64,000 bases of DNA. Origin: a virus (taxonomy: Duplodnaviria > Heunggongvirae > Uroviricota > Caudoviricetes). Shown piece by piece: positions 8,177 through 17,166 of the stretch (positions are counted from its first letter, which is position 1; each line of letters opens with the position of its first letter). A program made the translations under genes and the position numbers. The DNA lies in the IMG/VR virus record IMGVR_UViG_3300021963_000033. One strand, given 5' to 3'. Under the pieces are notes generated by a model. The model was not told the origin of the DNA. It saw nothing but the letters and a program-made list of their open reading frames with translations, and searched no databases.

Positions 8177-9448
8177 TTATTTTTTGAGAATGAATCCAAT
8201 TTTATTTCCACCAGGATTGGCAGCATTGGAGTGATATTCAAAGATGAAGTTGCTGTCCTTGAATCCCTTGAGTTCATACTTCAGCGTAGTTGCTGACAGA
8301 TTGACATACAACTGCTCAATGTTGTTGGCACGAACGATGTCAGTCAGGAAGTCAGTATTCTTCTTGGTTGCATTTACCTCAGTGATCAATGCATATGCCA
8401 TGGGAGATAGGATGGTGCCATTTCTCTTGCTGGTCGGGATTTTCCATATCTTTTCAAAAGATGTCAGTGGTACTGTTCGACCGATCTTGTCATAGAATTC
8501 CTTGGTCAACAACGTATGTGCTTCCTTTGGATTCTTGAATTGCTTCAACCATTTCTCGATGTCGTCCGCAGTATATGTCAGTGGTTTGCCGATGAGTTTA
8601 CCAACAGTCTTATACAATGGTGAATCCATTGCTTTTGCTGCCTTGACGATACCCTCAGTACCAGAGTTGTTGACAACTGCACCAATGAAGTTGTGCACCT
8701 TCTTGTCATTCACATCAGTGAATGTTCTGCTGCCTATCATGTTCCATACTGATGAGATTGATGGTGCAGCACCACTACCTGACTTGGCAGATACACCGAT
8801 CTTCAGTCCATTGGTATACACACCATAGTAGTCAACCAGCGGTTCATTACTGCGTGCTGGGAACTCGATTGATGTGACATCGCTATCATAGTTGTTGAGG
8901 AACCACCATCCACCTGCTACCTCACCGAAGTCCTTGGCAATAATAGCGAGATCTTTGCCTGATATATCCTTGGTAGCAGTATTGAGTACGGAGTTGGTGG
9001 TCTTGCTCTTCTCAAGAAATATCTTGAGGAATTCTTTGATGTGTGGAGCGACCAATGTGCAAGCATCAATAGCAGTATTTGCTGTCTTGATGTAGTCTCG
9101 CTTGGTGATAGTTTTACCCCCGAGACCTAGTCCATCGGGGGATAGTGACTTGTTGGCAATTGTTTTGACATTGGTGGGATCAGTTGTGCTTCTGATTCCT
9201 GGTTTCTGCATCATGTCAAACTTGATGCGTGCCTTATATGTCTTACCTGCCACCTCATAATCTATGACAGGTTTGGACTCATATGCATCAGCAGATAGGT
9301 ATGTAATCTTTTGACCTTTTGGTAGATTACCAGTTACCTTGGTTTGACTGATCAGGTCATAGGTGTCAGCAGCATCCTTGACAAAGGTGTCGACGTCACC
9401 ATTGCCCTTGAAATACTTTTCCCATGCTGCTTTACCTGTTGTACCCAT
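8177..9448 (-). CDS. hypothetical protein (423 aa)
   Basis: Long ORF with an AAAGGGA SD and no motif recognised. Confidence 0.55.
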   Translation of the reverse strand: MGTTGKAAWEKYFKGNGDVDTFVKDAADTYDLISQTKVTGNLPKGQKITYLSADAYESKPVIDYEVAGKTYKARIKFDMMQKPGIRSTTDPTNVKTIANKSLSPDGLGLGGKTITKRDYIKTANTAIDACTLVAPHIKEFLKIFLEKSKTTNSVLNTATKDISGKDLAIIAKDFGEVAGGWWFLNNYDSDVTSIEFPARSNEPLVDYYGVYTNGLKIGVSAKSGSGAAPSISSVWNMIGSRTFTDVNDKKVHNFIGAVVNNSGTEGIVKAAKAMDSPLYKTVGKLIGKPLTYTADDIEKWLKQFKNPKEAHTLLTKEFYDKIGRTVPLTSFEKIWKIPTSKRNGTILSPMAYALITEVNATKKNTDFLTDIVRANNIEQLYVNLSATTLKYELKGFKDSNFIFEYHSNAANPGGNKIGFILKK

Positions 9449-9472
9449 GTCAGTCCCTTTGTTTGGGACTAT

Positions 9473-9604
9473 TTATTCAGACTTCAATGCCTTCGCAGCA
9501 ATGTTGGCGCAGGTATATCCATGTCCATGTCCATGAGAGTGTCCGAACTTTTCGATTTCTCTCAGTGCCTGTTCATACACACGGAGTCTCTCGGCGTCAT
9601 TCAT
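9473..9604 (-). CDS. small His-rich protein (GHSHGHGHG)
   Basis: ORF MNDAERLRVYEQALREIEKFGHSHGHGHGYTC... with an AAAGGA SD. Not in the ORF track because it is under 60 aa. Confidence 0.4.
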   Translation of the reverse strand: MNDAERLRVYEQALREIEKFGHSHGHGHGYTCANIAAKALKSE

Positions 9605-9605
9605 G

Positions 9606-9818
9606 TTATCCTTTCGTTGCCAATGCCATCAGTATGACAATCATCACAATGACAATTGCCTGCCACTTCACACGAGCAAACATCATTTTGTTTTGGGTAT
9701 CAAACCCAGTGTCATCTGCAGTTCTGTTGATTCCGAGGAATGCATGCAGACCTCGGAACAACGCATAGACAACCAAACTGACTGCTGCAATGATCAGCAG
9801 AACAAGAGCAAATATCAT
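9606..9818 (-). CDS. small membrane protein
   Basis: Two predicted TM helices. Confidence 0.45.
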   Translation of the reverse strand: MIFALVLLIIAAVSLVVYALFRGLHAFLGINRTADDTGFDTQNKMMFARVKWQAIVIVMIVILMALATKG

Positions 9819-10129
9819 TCGTGCTCACCAGTCGGACTACGACCCCAACCTGCCTTCTTCATGAAAAGTTCAGGTTTCACCGTAGCAGCAGTCAGCGTCG
9901 ACACTGTGATGGTGATGGCACCAATCAATGCAACATGACTGAGGAAGTTCACGTAGAAGAAAGTGGCATTACCCACCATCAAACTGAATGCAACAACCCA
10001 CATGAACCCAAGTGCTTGTAGCACATAGTGTCGAGTCGAGATGTCAGGGATGTGTCGCAGTGGACTTACCTCATGATTAAAGATAAAGTTCCATGGGTAT
10101 ATCACACCAATATCTAAAATTTTTCTCAT
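9815..10129 (-). CDS. membrane protein
   Basis: Hydrophobic ORF; ATGA overlap with the downstream gene. Confidence 0.45.
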   Translation of the reverse strand: MRKILDIGVIYPWNFIFNHEVSPLRHIPDISTRHYVLQALGFMWVVAFSLMVGNATFFYVNFLSHVALIGAITITVSTLTAATVKPELFMKKAGWGRSPTGEHE

Positions 10130-10139
10130 AATATATTCC

Positions 10140-10427
10140 TTATATACTTTGACTGTCGCGGTTTTCGTTCATGCGCTTGATGTCAGCAGCACGTTGCTTC
10201 TTGAGTTCTTCAGCAGTCGCAACAGCATTCTTCTGCGTGTCATACTCAACCAGTTCAGCACTGGTCATGTTGGACTGTAGATCTGCAATGATAGACTGGA
10301 ATCGCGGAATCTCATTGCTTAGAGGAAAATACCGAGTGGCAGATTCTAAGCGAGTCTCCGCGAGACGCAGTCTATCAAACTTGCTGAAGGTAGCAGCAGT
10401 CTTGGCATTCTTTAAAATATCAACCAT
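10140..10427 (-). CDS. hypothetical protein
   Basis: ATG 10427 with an AAAAGGAAC SD, downstream of promoter 10458-10486. The ORF-track start at 10475 lies inside the promoter. Confidence 0.5.
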   Translation of the reverse strand: MVDILKNAKTAATFSKFDRLRLAETRLESATRYFPLSNEIPRFQSIIADLQSNMTSAELVEYDTQKNAVATAEELKKQRAADIKRMNENRDSQSI

Positions 10428-10457
10428 ATTGTAGTTCCTTTTCAATCTTAGAATTAC

Positions 10458-10486
10458 ATTATACCTGATATTCAATCAAATGTCAA
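10458..10486 (-). promoter_or_regulatory. early promoter, family member
   Basis: GGCTTGACA-17-TATAAT, a perfect sigma70 consensus. Confidence 0.6.
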
Positions 10487-10590
10487 GCCTTATTTTATCC
10501 TACCAACACTTTACATGCGCTGTTCATCACAGCAGCAATACGACCAATATCTTTCAATTGGTCAAGAGTATAACCTGCCGTCTTTAGTGT

Positions 10591-11001
10591 CTAGAAGTGT
10601 GCCTTCACGCAGAAGTGACACTTACCGATGATGCTTGCTGCGAGACTGTATGCCTCAAAACGCTCTTGAGTAGTGCCACCATGTGATGCGATTGCATTCA
10701 TACGCAGACCTGCTGGCAGACCATCAAGTGCACCATCCACCATCTCATTGTATGGATACCACACATTGTTCTGTGCCATCAACGATGCTGCTGTCAACGC
10801 AGCATCTGACTCTGTCTTGTTTACCATGACAGATTGCAACCATGTCCACGTTTTGGTGTCACCAGTTGCGAAGGCAGCAGCGAGTGCGCAACCCTCTGCT
10901 ACTTCTGGATCAAGCGAGGTGCGCTTGATCAAATCCAGATTAAGACGAGTGTCCTTGGCATAATCTGGGATTGCATCCTTGAGATCATCAATCCAATACA
11001 T
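10591..11001 (-). CDS. carboxymuconolactone decarboxylase / AhpD-like family protein
   Basis: C-terminal CHFCVKAH cysteine/histidine motif and an all-helical composition typical of the CMD/AhpD family. AAAGGAG SD. Confidence 0.5.
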   Translation of the reverse strand: MYWIDDLKDAIPDYAKDTRLNLDLIKRTSLDPEVAEGCALAAAFATGDTKTWTWLQSVMVNKTESDAALTAASLMAQNNVWYPYNEMVDGALDGLPAGLRMNAIASHGGTTQERFEAYSLAASIIGKCHFCVKAHF

Positions 11002-11704
11002 TGTTCTCTCCTTTAAGTAAAATGATATTATATTCTGTTTTTAGAATGTCAAATGTTTCTTCCCAATTAGAAACTGTATGCAACTTATCTGCCTCTAATG
11101 AGATAGTATGATCATTGCCACCAAATTCAGTTTTGTCACCAAAGAACACGAACGGTTTTATGTCATTCGCGATCTGACTCTTATCTTTACCTTTGAGGTA
11201 AATATCAAGTCCAGTTTCTCCAGCAACCGTAGCTTCTAGTCTAGGAAACTGGTTAGTAATCAATTTTGCTAGATTGTGTCTCTCATTGATAGCATTATCA
11301 TATCTAATGTATGATTCTCGTTGCTCACGATTGGCACCGCGACCAACAATGCTAAAATTACAAAGTCCCAACCGCATTTCAATGTGTTGTCCTGTTCTCT
11401 CAGGATATGCACTCGATCGCAATAAGGTTTCTAGGAATTGATTTTCTTCTCCAGTCAACTCGAATGAATTGGCATATACCTGATTCCCTTTGACGTAGAG
11501 AGCATTGCCAGCACAACTATACACACCAGCAACGCTCTCACAAATCTCAGTACCAAGTTGTTCTAATGTTTTGGCGCAGTCACTACCAGAAACAAGATAA
11601 ACTTTATTCTGCTTAATGAATTCTAGGAACCAACTAGCAAATTCAGGATCAACTCGCTGTCTGCTAGGTGTTAATGTCCCATCTACGTCAAAGGCAAAAT
11701 TCAT
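10988..11704 (-). CDS. HAD-superfamily phosphomannomutase, eukaryotic PMM type
   Basis: FDVDGTLTPSRQ (DxDGT), LVSGSDCAKTLEQLG and FFGDKTEFGGNDHTI closely resemble eukaryotic PMM1/2 motifs. Length is 238 aa. Confidence 0.65.
   Translation of the reverse strand: MNFAFDVDGTLTPSRQRVDPEFASWFLEFIKQNKVYLVSGSDCAKTLEQLGTEICESVAGVYSCAGNALYVKGNQVYANSFELTGEENQFLETLLRSSAYPERTGQHIEMRLGLCNFSIVGRGANREQRESYIRYDNAINERHNLAKLITNQFPRLEATVAGETGLDIYLKGKDKSQIANDIKPFVFFGDKTEFGGNDHTISLEADKLHTVSNWEETFDILKTEYNIILLKGENNVLD
11025..11052 (-). promoter_or_regulatory. promoter-like (TTGACA-16-TAATAT), weaker family member
   Basis: Lies inside the 3' end of the PMM gene, upstream of the AhpD-like gene. Confidence 0.4.
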
Positions 11705-12267
11705 TATAACGTGTCGCCACCGACTGCACGGTTGCAGGCACAGAGTTCACCAGTCTGCAGTGCATCAAGAATGCGCAGAGTTTCTTCAGGGTTACGACCA
11801 ACATCAAGGTTGTTCACAGTGACATGCTGAATAACATTGTCAGGGTCGACGATGAATGTGGCACGCAACGCAGCACCTGCTTCGTAACTGAACACGCCGA
11901 GTTGTTCGCACAAACTCATGTCGCTCTCAGCATAAAAATCAGAACGTGCTGTATCAGCAAACATCCATGAGGTAGTCTTCTTGAGATCTTCATGGGCATT
12001 CTTCCATGCCAACTTACAGAACTCATTGTCAGTCGAACCAATCATCAACACCGCATCACGGTCATCGAAGTCACTGTTCAACTTGTCATATGCAACGATT
12101 TCAGTTGGACATACGAACGTGAAGTCCTTTGGATAGAATACAATTACCTTCCACTTACCAATGAAAGTAGTTTCATTGATTGTTTGGAATGCGTTGTCAG
12201 GTGTCAGTGCTCCTGGTTTCACACCAGTGACTGCAAATTTCTTTAGTTTATAACCGATAGTCTTCAT
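11704..12267 (-). CDS. 2-Cys peroxiredoxin (AhpC/TSA family)
   Basis: FTFVCPTEI peroxidatic Cys motif plus a C-terminal resolving Cys (GELCACN). Start reassigned to ATG 12267 with a GAGGAG SD. Confidence 0.7.
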   Translation of the reverse strand: MKTIGYKLKKFAVTGVKPGALTPDNAFQTINETTFIGKWKVIVFYPKDFTFVCPTEIVAYDKLNSDFDDRDAVLMIGSTDNEFCKLAWKNAHEDLKKTTSWMFADTARSDFYAESDMSLCEQLGVFSYEAGAALRATFIVDPDNVIQHVTVNNLDVGRNPEETLRILDALQTGELCACNRAVGGDTL

Positions 12268-12271
12268 TTTA

Positions 12272-12436
12272 TTACTCCTCAATTAGCGGGATTGTTGTTG
12301 CTTTAGTTTCCCAAATTTCTTTGCCATTTTTCATACCGATGAAAGACTTTTCTTCAATCTTCATGATAATACCACCATCTTGGCGATGATAGTAGCGTCG
12401 TTCTTCTATACGAATCAAATTCAATTTCTCAGACAT
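12272..12436 (-). CDS. hypothetical small protein
   Basis: ATG 12436 with an AAAGGAAC SD. Confidence 0.4.
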   Translation of the reverse strand: MSEKLNLIRIEERRYYHRQDGGIIMKIEEKSFIGMKNGKEIWETKATTIPLIEE

Positions 12437-12707
12437 TATATAGTTCCTTTGCTTTTTTCTCCACCCATTTATCGAATGGTAGATGCATGCCAGTCGAACC
12501 ATTCCAGTCAGCGAATGCCTCGTCATAGAATCCGAGTTTGCATGCGTCTGGATACTTGGTCTGTAGGTCTGTCAGTTCATCTGCCCACTGCTGCCACTTG
12601 TCGTCATTGATCACGGGAGAATCCTTGACGTAGTAGAGATATGAGTGGATAATCATCTGATGTCGACGTTGCCGAATAATCTCATGTGGTTCACGCAGGT
12701 CAAGCAT
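12429..12707 (-). CDS. hypothetical protein
   Basis: First ATG in the ORF; the start is uncertain. Confidence 0.35.
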   Translation of the reverse strand: MLDLREPHEIIRQRRHQMIIHSYLYYVKDSPVINDDKWQQWADELTDLQTKYPDACKLGFYDEAFADWNGSTGMHLPFDKWVEKKAKELYNV

Positions 12708-12915
12708 TATAAAATTCTGCCTCTTCAATTCGGAAATGTGGAATCCAGTCACCTGTACTACCACCTGCTTCGCGCATTGCATCGGCCCAGTCCTGCGCCT
12801 TCTCGGTTTCCCAATCTCCTACTGCCTGAGCAGCATCGTAGGTAGGATAAACACCGAACACATCGCGATCACCATTATAATCGGTTTCATCGCGAATAAG
12901 GACATAAACTTTCAT
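12700..12915 (-). CDS. hypothetical acidic protein
   Basis: ORF downstream of promoter 12943-12971. Confidence 0.5.
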   Translation of the reverse strand: MKVYVLIRDETDYNGDRDVFGVYPTYDAAQAVGDWETEKAQDWADAMREAGGSTGDWIPHFRIEEAEFYNA

Positions 12916-12942
12916 ATCATTGCCTTTCTCATCTTATATTCC

Positions 12943-12971
12943 ACTCTACTATAAAATGAGATAAATGTCAA
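12943..12971 (-). promoter_or_regulatory. early promoter, family member (subfamily B leader)
   Basis: GCTTGACA-17-TAGAGT followed by ggaatataagatgagaaagg. Confidence 0.55.
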
Positions 12972-13195
12972 GCTTCTTTTTGAGGATTCCACTTGAAGTG
13001 GTTGCGAGCGTAGACAATGCCCAGTGCAATGCTCATCGGGATTAGACCCCATGTCTGACTGGCAATAATCCATGTCACCCAGAACACCTGATTGATCAGA
13101 CCGACTGCCCATGCACGTGGATGATTGTTACCTGCCAGCAGTGTCATCCAGATAGTCATGCATGACATCAACCATGGTAGATATGTTACAATCAA
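12968..13195 (-). CDS. membrane protein (TTG start?)
   Basis: Hydrophobic ORF. GGAG lies 9 nt before TTG 13195. Confidence 0.4.
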   Translation of the reverse strand: MIVTYLPWLMSCMTIWMTLLAGNNHPRAWAVGLINQVFWVTWIIASQTWGLIPMSIALGIVYARNHFKWNPQKEA

Positions 13196-13326
13196 AAGTG
13201 ATACTCCACCCAGAAGCGGGATGTTTTACCACTGGACCATGTTACCTTGCTGCCACGATATCGCTTATATGGAACCAGAGGTGATTCAGTTGGTAGTGGT
13301 AGTTTCTTCCATTCTTTCTCGGTCAT
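13192..13326 (-). CDS. hypothetical small protein (44 aa)
   Basis: ATG overlaps the upstream stop (TAATG). Its GGAG SD is encoded by the ELFGVK C-terminus of the upstream gene. Confidence 0.35.
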   Translation of the reverse strand: MTEKEWKKLPLPTESPLVPYKRYRGSKVTWSSGKTSRFWVEYHF

Positions 13327-13541
13327 TATTTTACTCCAAAAAGTTCATCAAGCGCAGTCTGCTTGTATGCGTCTGCCATGTGGTTATTCAGCGCATCACC
13401 TAGATTTTCAGCGTAGTCATCCAGAATGACAACATCTGCTTTGTGACCACGGAGTCCTCTGTTTTGCATGTGTTGCGACCAAGTGTAATTCTTCAAATCT
13501 CTCCATGGATTATTTACAAGAAAATCATCTTTGCTATTCAT
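13326..13541 (-). CDS. small protein, ALDELFGVK C-terminal family (paralog, distant copy)
   Basis: Ends ...KQTALDELFGVK, the same C-terminal motif as the genes at 5862-6391. Confidence 0.5.
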   Translation of the reverse strand: MNSKDDFLVNNPWRDLKNYTWSQHMQNRGLRGHKADVVILDDYAENLGDALNNHMADAYKQTALDELFGVK

Positions 13542-13780
13542 GGTCCAAGATCAATCTTCACACGCTCGACTGATTCCCATGGAGTTTGATTTGCTTTGTG
13601 CCCATTTTCGTCGAATTGGTGCATGGAATATTGCAGTTCTACCTTGACAATCCTATCGCCCTTGGTATACTCAACCACACGCAGTTCCATCTTCTCGGGT
13701 AGAAACTTAGTTACTGCTGGTGCAGGTGGTGGATTCGAGACAATAAAAGGAGGACACGTAGTCATGCCAGTGTTGCTCAT
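13538..13780 (-). CDS. hypothetical protein
   Basis: ORF with an ATGA overlap. Confidence 0.45.
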   Translation of the reverse strand: MSNTGMTTCPPFIVSNPPPAPAVTKFLPEKMELRVVEYTKGDRIVKVELQYSMHQFDENGHKANQTPWESVERVKIDLGP

Positions 13781-14010
13781 TGCTTGTCCTTTGCTGCAGC
13801 ACGTGCTGCTTCGCGCTTCCTATGTCCGAGGTAAAAGATACCAACGAATGGACCTGCTATAATACCAATGACAAGTACCGCTGGCCAGAAAAGAACACCA
13901 AATAACAATAGCGAACCAACCTCTCGACGAGTGTAGTCATCTACCTGTCCCATACGATACGCACAATACAAACCAAGAACAATGGCAACAATTACATACC
14001 ATCCAAACAT
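13777..14010 (-). CDS. small membrane protein
   Basis: Two TM helices. Confidence 0.45.
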   Translation of the reverse strand: MFGWYVIVAIVLGLYCAYRMGQVDDYTRREVGSLLLFGVLFWPAVLVIGIIAGPFVGIFYLGHRKREAARAAAKDKQ

Positions 14011-14011
14011 A

Positions 14012-14254
14012 TTAAACGTCCTTCTTGTTAAACTTTTGACCGAGTACGAAGATGCCGATCAAAGGCAAAGATATCGGCCAAGTAATAGCGACTGCTACTG
14101 TTCTCAGGATATAACCAGCAACCAGATCATCATCCACCTGCCTTACTGTTTTACCTTGACGCATGTAATCAATATAGAACAGAGTCTTATAGCGCAGACC
14201 CGCATAGAACGTCCGTCCTAAAAGGATTGTGGCAAGACCAAAAAACCAAAACAT
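14012..14254 (-). CDS. small membrane protein
   Basis: Two TM helices. Confidence 0.45.
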   Translation of the reverse strand: MFWFFGLATILLGRTFYAGLRYKTLFYIDYMRQGKTVRQVDDDLVAGYILRTVAVAITWPISLPLIGIFVLGQKFNKKDV

Positions 14255-14265
14255 AACTTAACTCC

Positions 14266-14616
14266 TTACGCTGCAAAAAGATACTTAGCACGGTCGGCAG
14301 TCGTCTTAAACTGCTTGCCGTTTTCTTCATAGATGAAGGGATACTTGGGTTTACGGACATCGTAGCGAACCAACGTACGTCCGTTCTTTTCCGCGACCAG
14401 ACCATATGCCTGCATCATGCGCTGAAGGTTCAGGTCGGTGCGAGTCACAGCACCCTTGATTTTTGACACAACCTTGATGGTTGCTTCTGCTTCACTGAAG
14501 CGAATACCACCAATGTCAAACTCAAGACCATGGTTGGCAGCATATGCATCAAGCACTGCCTGCAGGTCAGAGCGGAGGGTGTTCAGCGAGGTGCGGTCAA
14601 ACTTCGAAATCGTCAT
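14266..14616 (-). CDS. hypothetical protein
   Basis: ATG 14616 with an AAAAGGAAA SD, downstream of promoter 14651-14679. Confidence 0.5.
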   Translation of the reverse strand: MTISKFDRTSLNTLRSDLQAVLDAYAANHGLEFDIGGIRFSEAEATIKVVSKIKGAVTRTDLNLQRMMQAYGLVAEKNGRTLVRYDVRKPKYPFIYEENGKQFKTTADRAKYLFAA

Positions 14617-14650
14617 AATCAATTTTCCTTTTCACTCAATCAATATAACC

Positions 14651-14679
14651 ACTATACTCGATTTTCTCGAAAAAGTCAA
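14651..14679 (-). promoter_or_regulatory. early promoter, family member
   Basis: GGGGCTTGACT-17-TATAGT. Confidence 0.55.
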
Positions 14680-14683
14680 GCCC

Positions 14684-15070
14684 CTATTTTCGTTTTCTCT
14701 GCTGCTCAATGAAATCTTTATTACCAACCCACGTGTATGCCTTGTAACGAACAGAGTTGTCCGCGTGGTCCACTTGTTTGGTGAACATGATATGTCCATC
14801 TTCCATCATCTTCGCTGCCAACTTGGTGGCAAGTTCTTTCTTGAGATGATTGTGCAAATCTTCCTCAGACATACCAGATGCGAGAACCCAATCAAGTTCA
14901 TACTTAATGGTATAGTCTAGCAGTTCACCAGGAAGACTGATAGTCGTGCCCAGAGTGTTAGATGATGTAATGGAACCACCAGAGATGCCATTGACTGGAA
15001 TGGCAATCTTATCCCAGTCCATCGGTTTGAACGTGCCAGGAGGAGGAACTGGTCCATGATAAATTGCCAT
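14684..15070 (-). CDS. hypothetical protein
   Basis: 128-aa ORF. Confidence 0.5.
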   Translation of the reverse strand: MAIYHGPVPPPGTFKPMDWDKIAIPVNGISGGSITSSNTLGTTISLPGELLDYTIKYELDWVLASGMSEEDLHNHLKKELATKLAAKMMEDGHIMFTKQVDHADNSVRYKAYTWVGNKDFIEQQRKRK

Positions 15071-15243
15071 TATTCACTCACCCATTCAATCTGATGTGAT
15101 GCTACCACTCGCTTGTGGATATTACCACCATCGTCCTCTAGGACAAGTGTCACTGCGGTAGAGTTTGCCCGATTGTTCAATGCATGCACGAAATATACCT
15201 TGCCTGCATCTTCCCAGTCGTCGCTATTAATCTTGCATCTCAT
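15070..15243 (-). CDS. hypothetical small protein (57 aa)
   Basis: GGAGG SD. Its stop overlaps the downstream ATG (TAATG). Absent from the ORF track. Confidence 0.4.
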   Translation of the reverse strand: MRCKINSDDWEDAGKVYFVHALNNRANSTAVTLVLEDDGGNIHKRVVASHQIEWVSE

Positions 15244-15399
15244 GTTCTGCCTCCGTATCTACAATGTGTAATAAGTTTGGTTCTGATGATGCAAAGAACG
15301 CACGATTAAACTGCTGGTTGATTGCACCGTAATCATCAGACTTTTGTCTGACTACAAACGAAGATCTAGACTGATCAGTCCAACGGCGAAGTTCGTACC

Positions 15400-15612
15400 T
15401 CATGCGCGACGATAAACTCCCAAATCTTCTTCGAGTCGATTTAGAATCCACTCATCAGGATCACCTGTTCTTGCCTTGGCAACACCATATGGCATGTCAG
15501 GTGAATAGTATGCAAATAACTGATCATAGTAACCACCATTAAAAATGTCAGCATCACCACAGATGAGATCAACGGCAATATCACGTGGAACAATATCAAA
15601 TACGCTAGTCAT
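15400..15612 (-). CDS. hypothetical protein
   Basis: ATG 15612 with an AAAAGGAAA SD. The ORF-track N-terminal extension is basic junk. Confidence 0.45.
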   Translation of the reverse strand: MTSVFDIVPRDIAVDLICGDADIFNGGYYDQLFAYYSPDMPYGVAKARTGDPDEWILNRLEEDLGVYRRA

Positions 15613-15614
15613 AA

Positions 15615-16175
15615 TCAGTTTCCTTTTTGTTCGATTTGTTCGTCTTGCCATTTGTAAATAGCATCCCAGATATTATCATACAACATGTCGAAATATGCAT
15701 CGCTGCTTTCTTCGAGTTCAGTTATCTCTGGTAATGCCTCGGTTACCATCTGCACGAGGTCATCCCAATCAATGGCATCACCATGTTCACCGAGGTTGGT
15801 ATAGACATGATACCCAGCAAAGTTTGCACCTTCATCTTCATAGGTGACGGTGATGCAAGCATCTTCATCGATTGCTAGGATTTGCGTGGTCATCCAATCT
15901 ATGAATTTAATCGGCCAATCCCACGCAGATGTCATGACAAATGTATTGTCATACATGTCCTCAAAGTAGCACCACTTGGTGCCGATGTTGTCAGCAGTCC
16001 ACTCATGGGTTACTTCAGCAGGAACATCTTCCATTATATTCCACACATATTTACAACCATCACCCTTGGGTAGATCCACGTCCATTGCCTCGATAGCATT
16101 AACCCACTTTTCCACGAGGACTTGTGCTGCTTCATTACACTGAATGTCAACACGCGATGTAACATGATTCGCCAT
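15615..16175 (-). CDS. hypothetical acidic protein
   Basis: ORF with an AAAGGAAC SD. Confidence 0.5.
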   Translation of the reverse strand: MANHVTSRVDIQCNEAAQVLVEKWVNAIEAMDVDLPKGDGCKYVWNIMEDVPAEVTHEWTADNIGTKWCYFEDMYDNTFVMTSAWDWPIKFIDWMTTQILAIDEDACITVTYEDEGANFAGYHVYTNLGEHGDAIDWDDLVQMVTEALPEITELEESSDAYFDMLYDNIWDAIYKWQDEQIEQKGN

Positions 16176-16192
16176 GATATAGTTCCTTTAAA

Positions 16193-16348
16193 TTAACGAG
16201 TAGTAGTTGGTTCATTGATCAGAACGGTGGCACCCAGCGCAAAAATACCGAGACCGACAATCGCTTGAATTGCGGCGTGAAGAAAACCTGCATATTCAGG
16301 AATAAGAACGAGAACAAGCAAACCAACGAACGTCAAAAAATATGGCAT
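16193..16348 (-). CDS. small membrane protein (51 aa)
   Basis: ORF MPYFLTFVGLLVLVLIPEYAGF... with an AAAGGAA SD, downstream of promoter 16375-16403. Absent from the ORF track. Confidence 0.4.
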   Translation of the reverse strand: MPYFLTFVGLLVLVLIPEYAGFLHAAIQAIVGLGIFALGATVLINEPTTTR

Positions 16349-16374
16349 AACAATTCCTTTCAAACTATAATTCC

Positions 16375-16403
16375 ACTATACCTCGAAATGTGATAAATGT
16401 CAA
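16375..16403 (-). promoter_or_regulatory. early promoter, family member
   Basis: GGGCTTGACA-17-TATAGT followed by GGAATTATAGTTTGAAAGGAA. Confidence 0.6.
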
Positions 16404-16957
16404 GCCCTAATCGTCCATCCACGTTCTAAAAACTTTTCTGTCCTGTTCCGCTGTTGATGTGGGAACTTTGGATTCTTGATCAAATGCTTGTTCTTGATGG
16501 CATCATACTGTAGACGAGAGATGAACAACTGCTGCGTCTTCATGTCAAAGTATGGCATGCAATGGATAAAGTCAAATGCCTCGCGATGCGCCTTGCAAGT
16601 GTGAGTGATAACCTGTAGACCATTCTTGAACGTCACTGCATTAGCAGTGACCACCTTGCCTCGCACCTTTACTTCTGCCATGTATCCAGGAGTTACATCC
16701 TTGACTTCATTCAGAGTCGGAGTATCGCTCGTCGCAAACGAGTCGAATCGATTTGCAGTGTCGACATCCTTGAGATACACATCCCAGTCATTTGGAGTTT
16801 CACCATTGAACAACGATGCAAAGCACCCACCAGTAAGGATGGAATCTTTGAAATAAGGATAACTGTCAGTTGGCAGGTCAGACAAGAGTTCGCGTAACTT
16901 ACTCTTTACCAAATCCTTTACCACATTAATGTGGGCACGTTCGTCATCATTAAACAT
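16400..16957 (-). CDS. hypothetical protein, possible minimal nucleotidyltransferase fold
   Basis: ILTGGCFASLF...DWDVYL resembles the GG...DxD NTase motif; this is a weak call. Confidence 0.4.
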   Translation of the reverse strand: MFNDDERAHINVVKDLVKSKLRELLSDLPTDSYPYFKDSILTGGCFASLFNGETPNDWDVYLKDVDTANRFDSFATSDTPTLNEVKDVTPGYMAEVKVRGKVVTANAVTFKNGLQVITHTCKAHREAFDFIHCMPYFDMKTQQLFISRLQYDAIKNKHLIKNPKFPHQQRNRTEKFLERGWTIRA

Positions 16958-16962
16958 TTAGT

Positions 16963-17166
16963 TTAACCCCAGTGAGATCCTACAGTTTTCAATGCAGCGC
17001 GCAATGCATCATAATGTTCAGCAAGAATGCGACGGATTTCTTCGCGTTCCTTGGGCGATGCACCACGAGCATCGACATAGATGTTACCAGTCAGTCCCAT
17101 CTCACCTGCTTCTTCTTGCCTATCGTCGACCATTTCATTGGTCAGAATTTGAGTATTAATGATCAT
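16963..17166 (-). CDS. hypothetical protein
   Basis: 67-aa ORF. Confidence 0.4.
   Translation of the reverse strand: MIINTQILTNEMVDDRQEEAGEMGLTGNIYVDARGASPKEREEIRRILAEHYDALRAALKTVGSHWG

Noticed and set aside
9455-9473. Hairpin AGTCCCTTTGTTTGGGACT as a terminator
   Set aside because: It is not followed by a U-tract on the minus strand. It overlaps the RBS region of gene 8177-9448, so it is more likely a translational-control or incidental hairpin.
15227-15451. 74-aa Arg/Ser-rich ORF
   Set aside because: It overlaps two better-supported ORFs (15070-15243 with GGAGG SD, and 15400-15612 with AAAAGGAAA SD) in other frames and has low-complexity composition.
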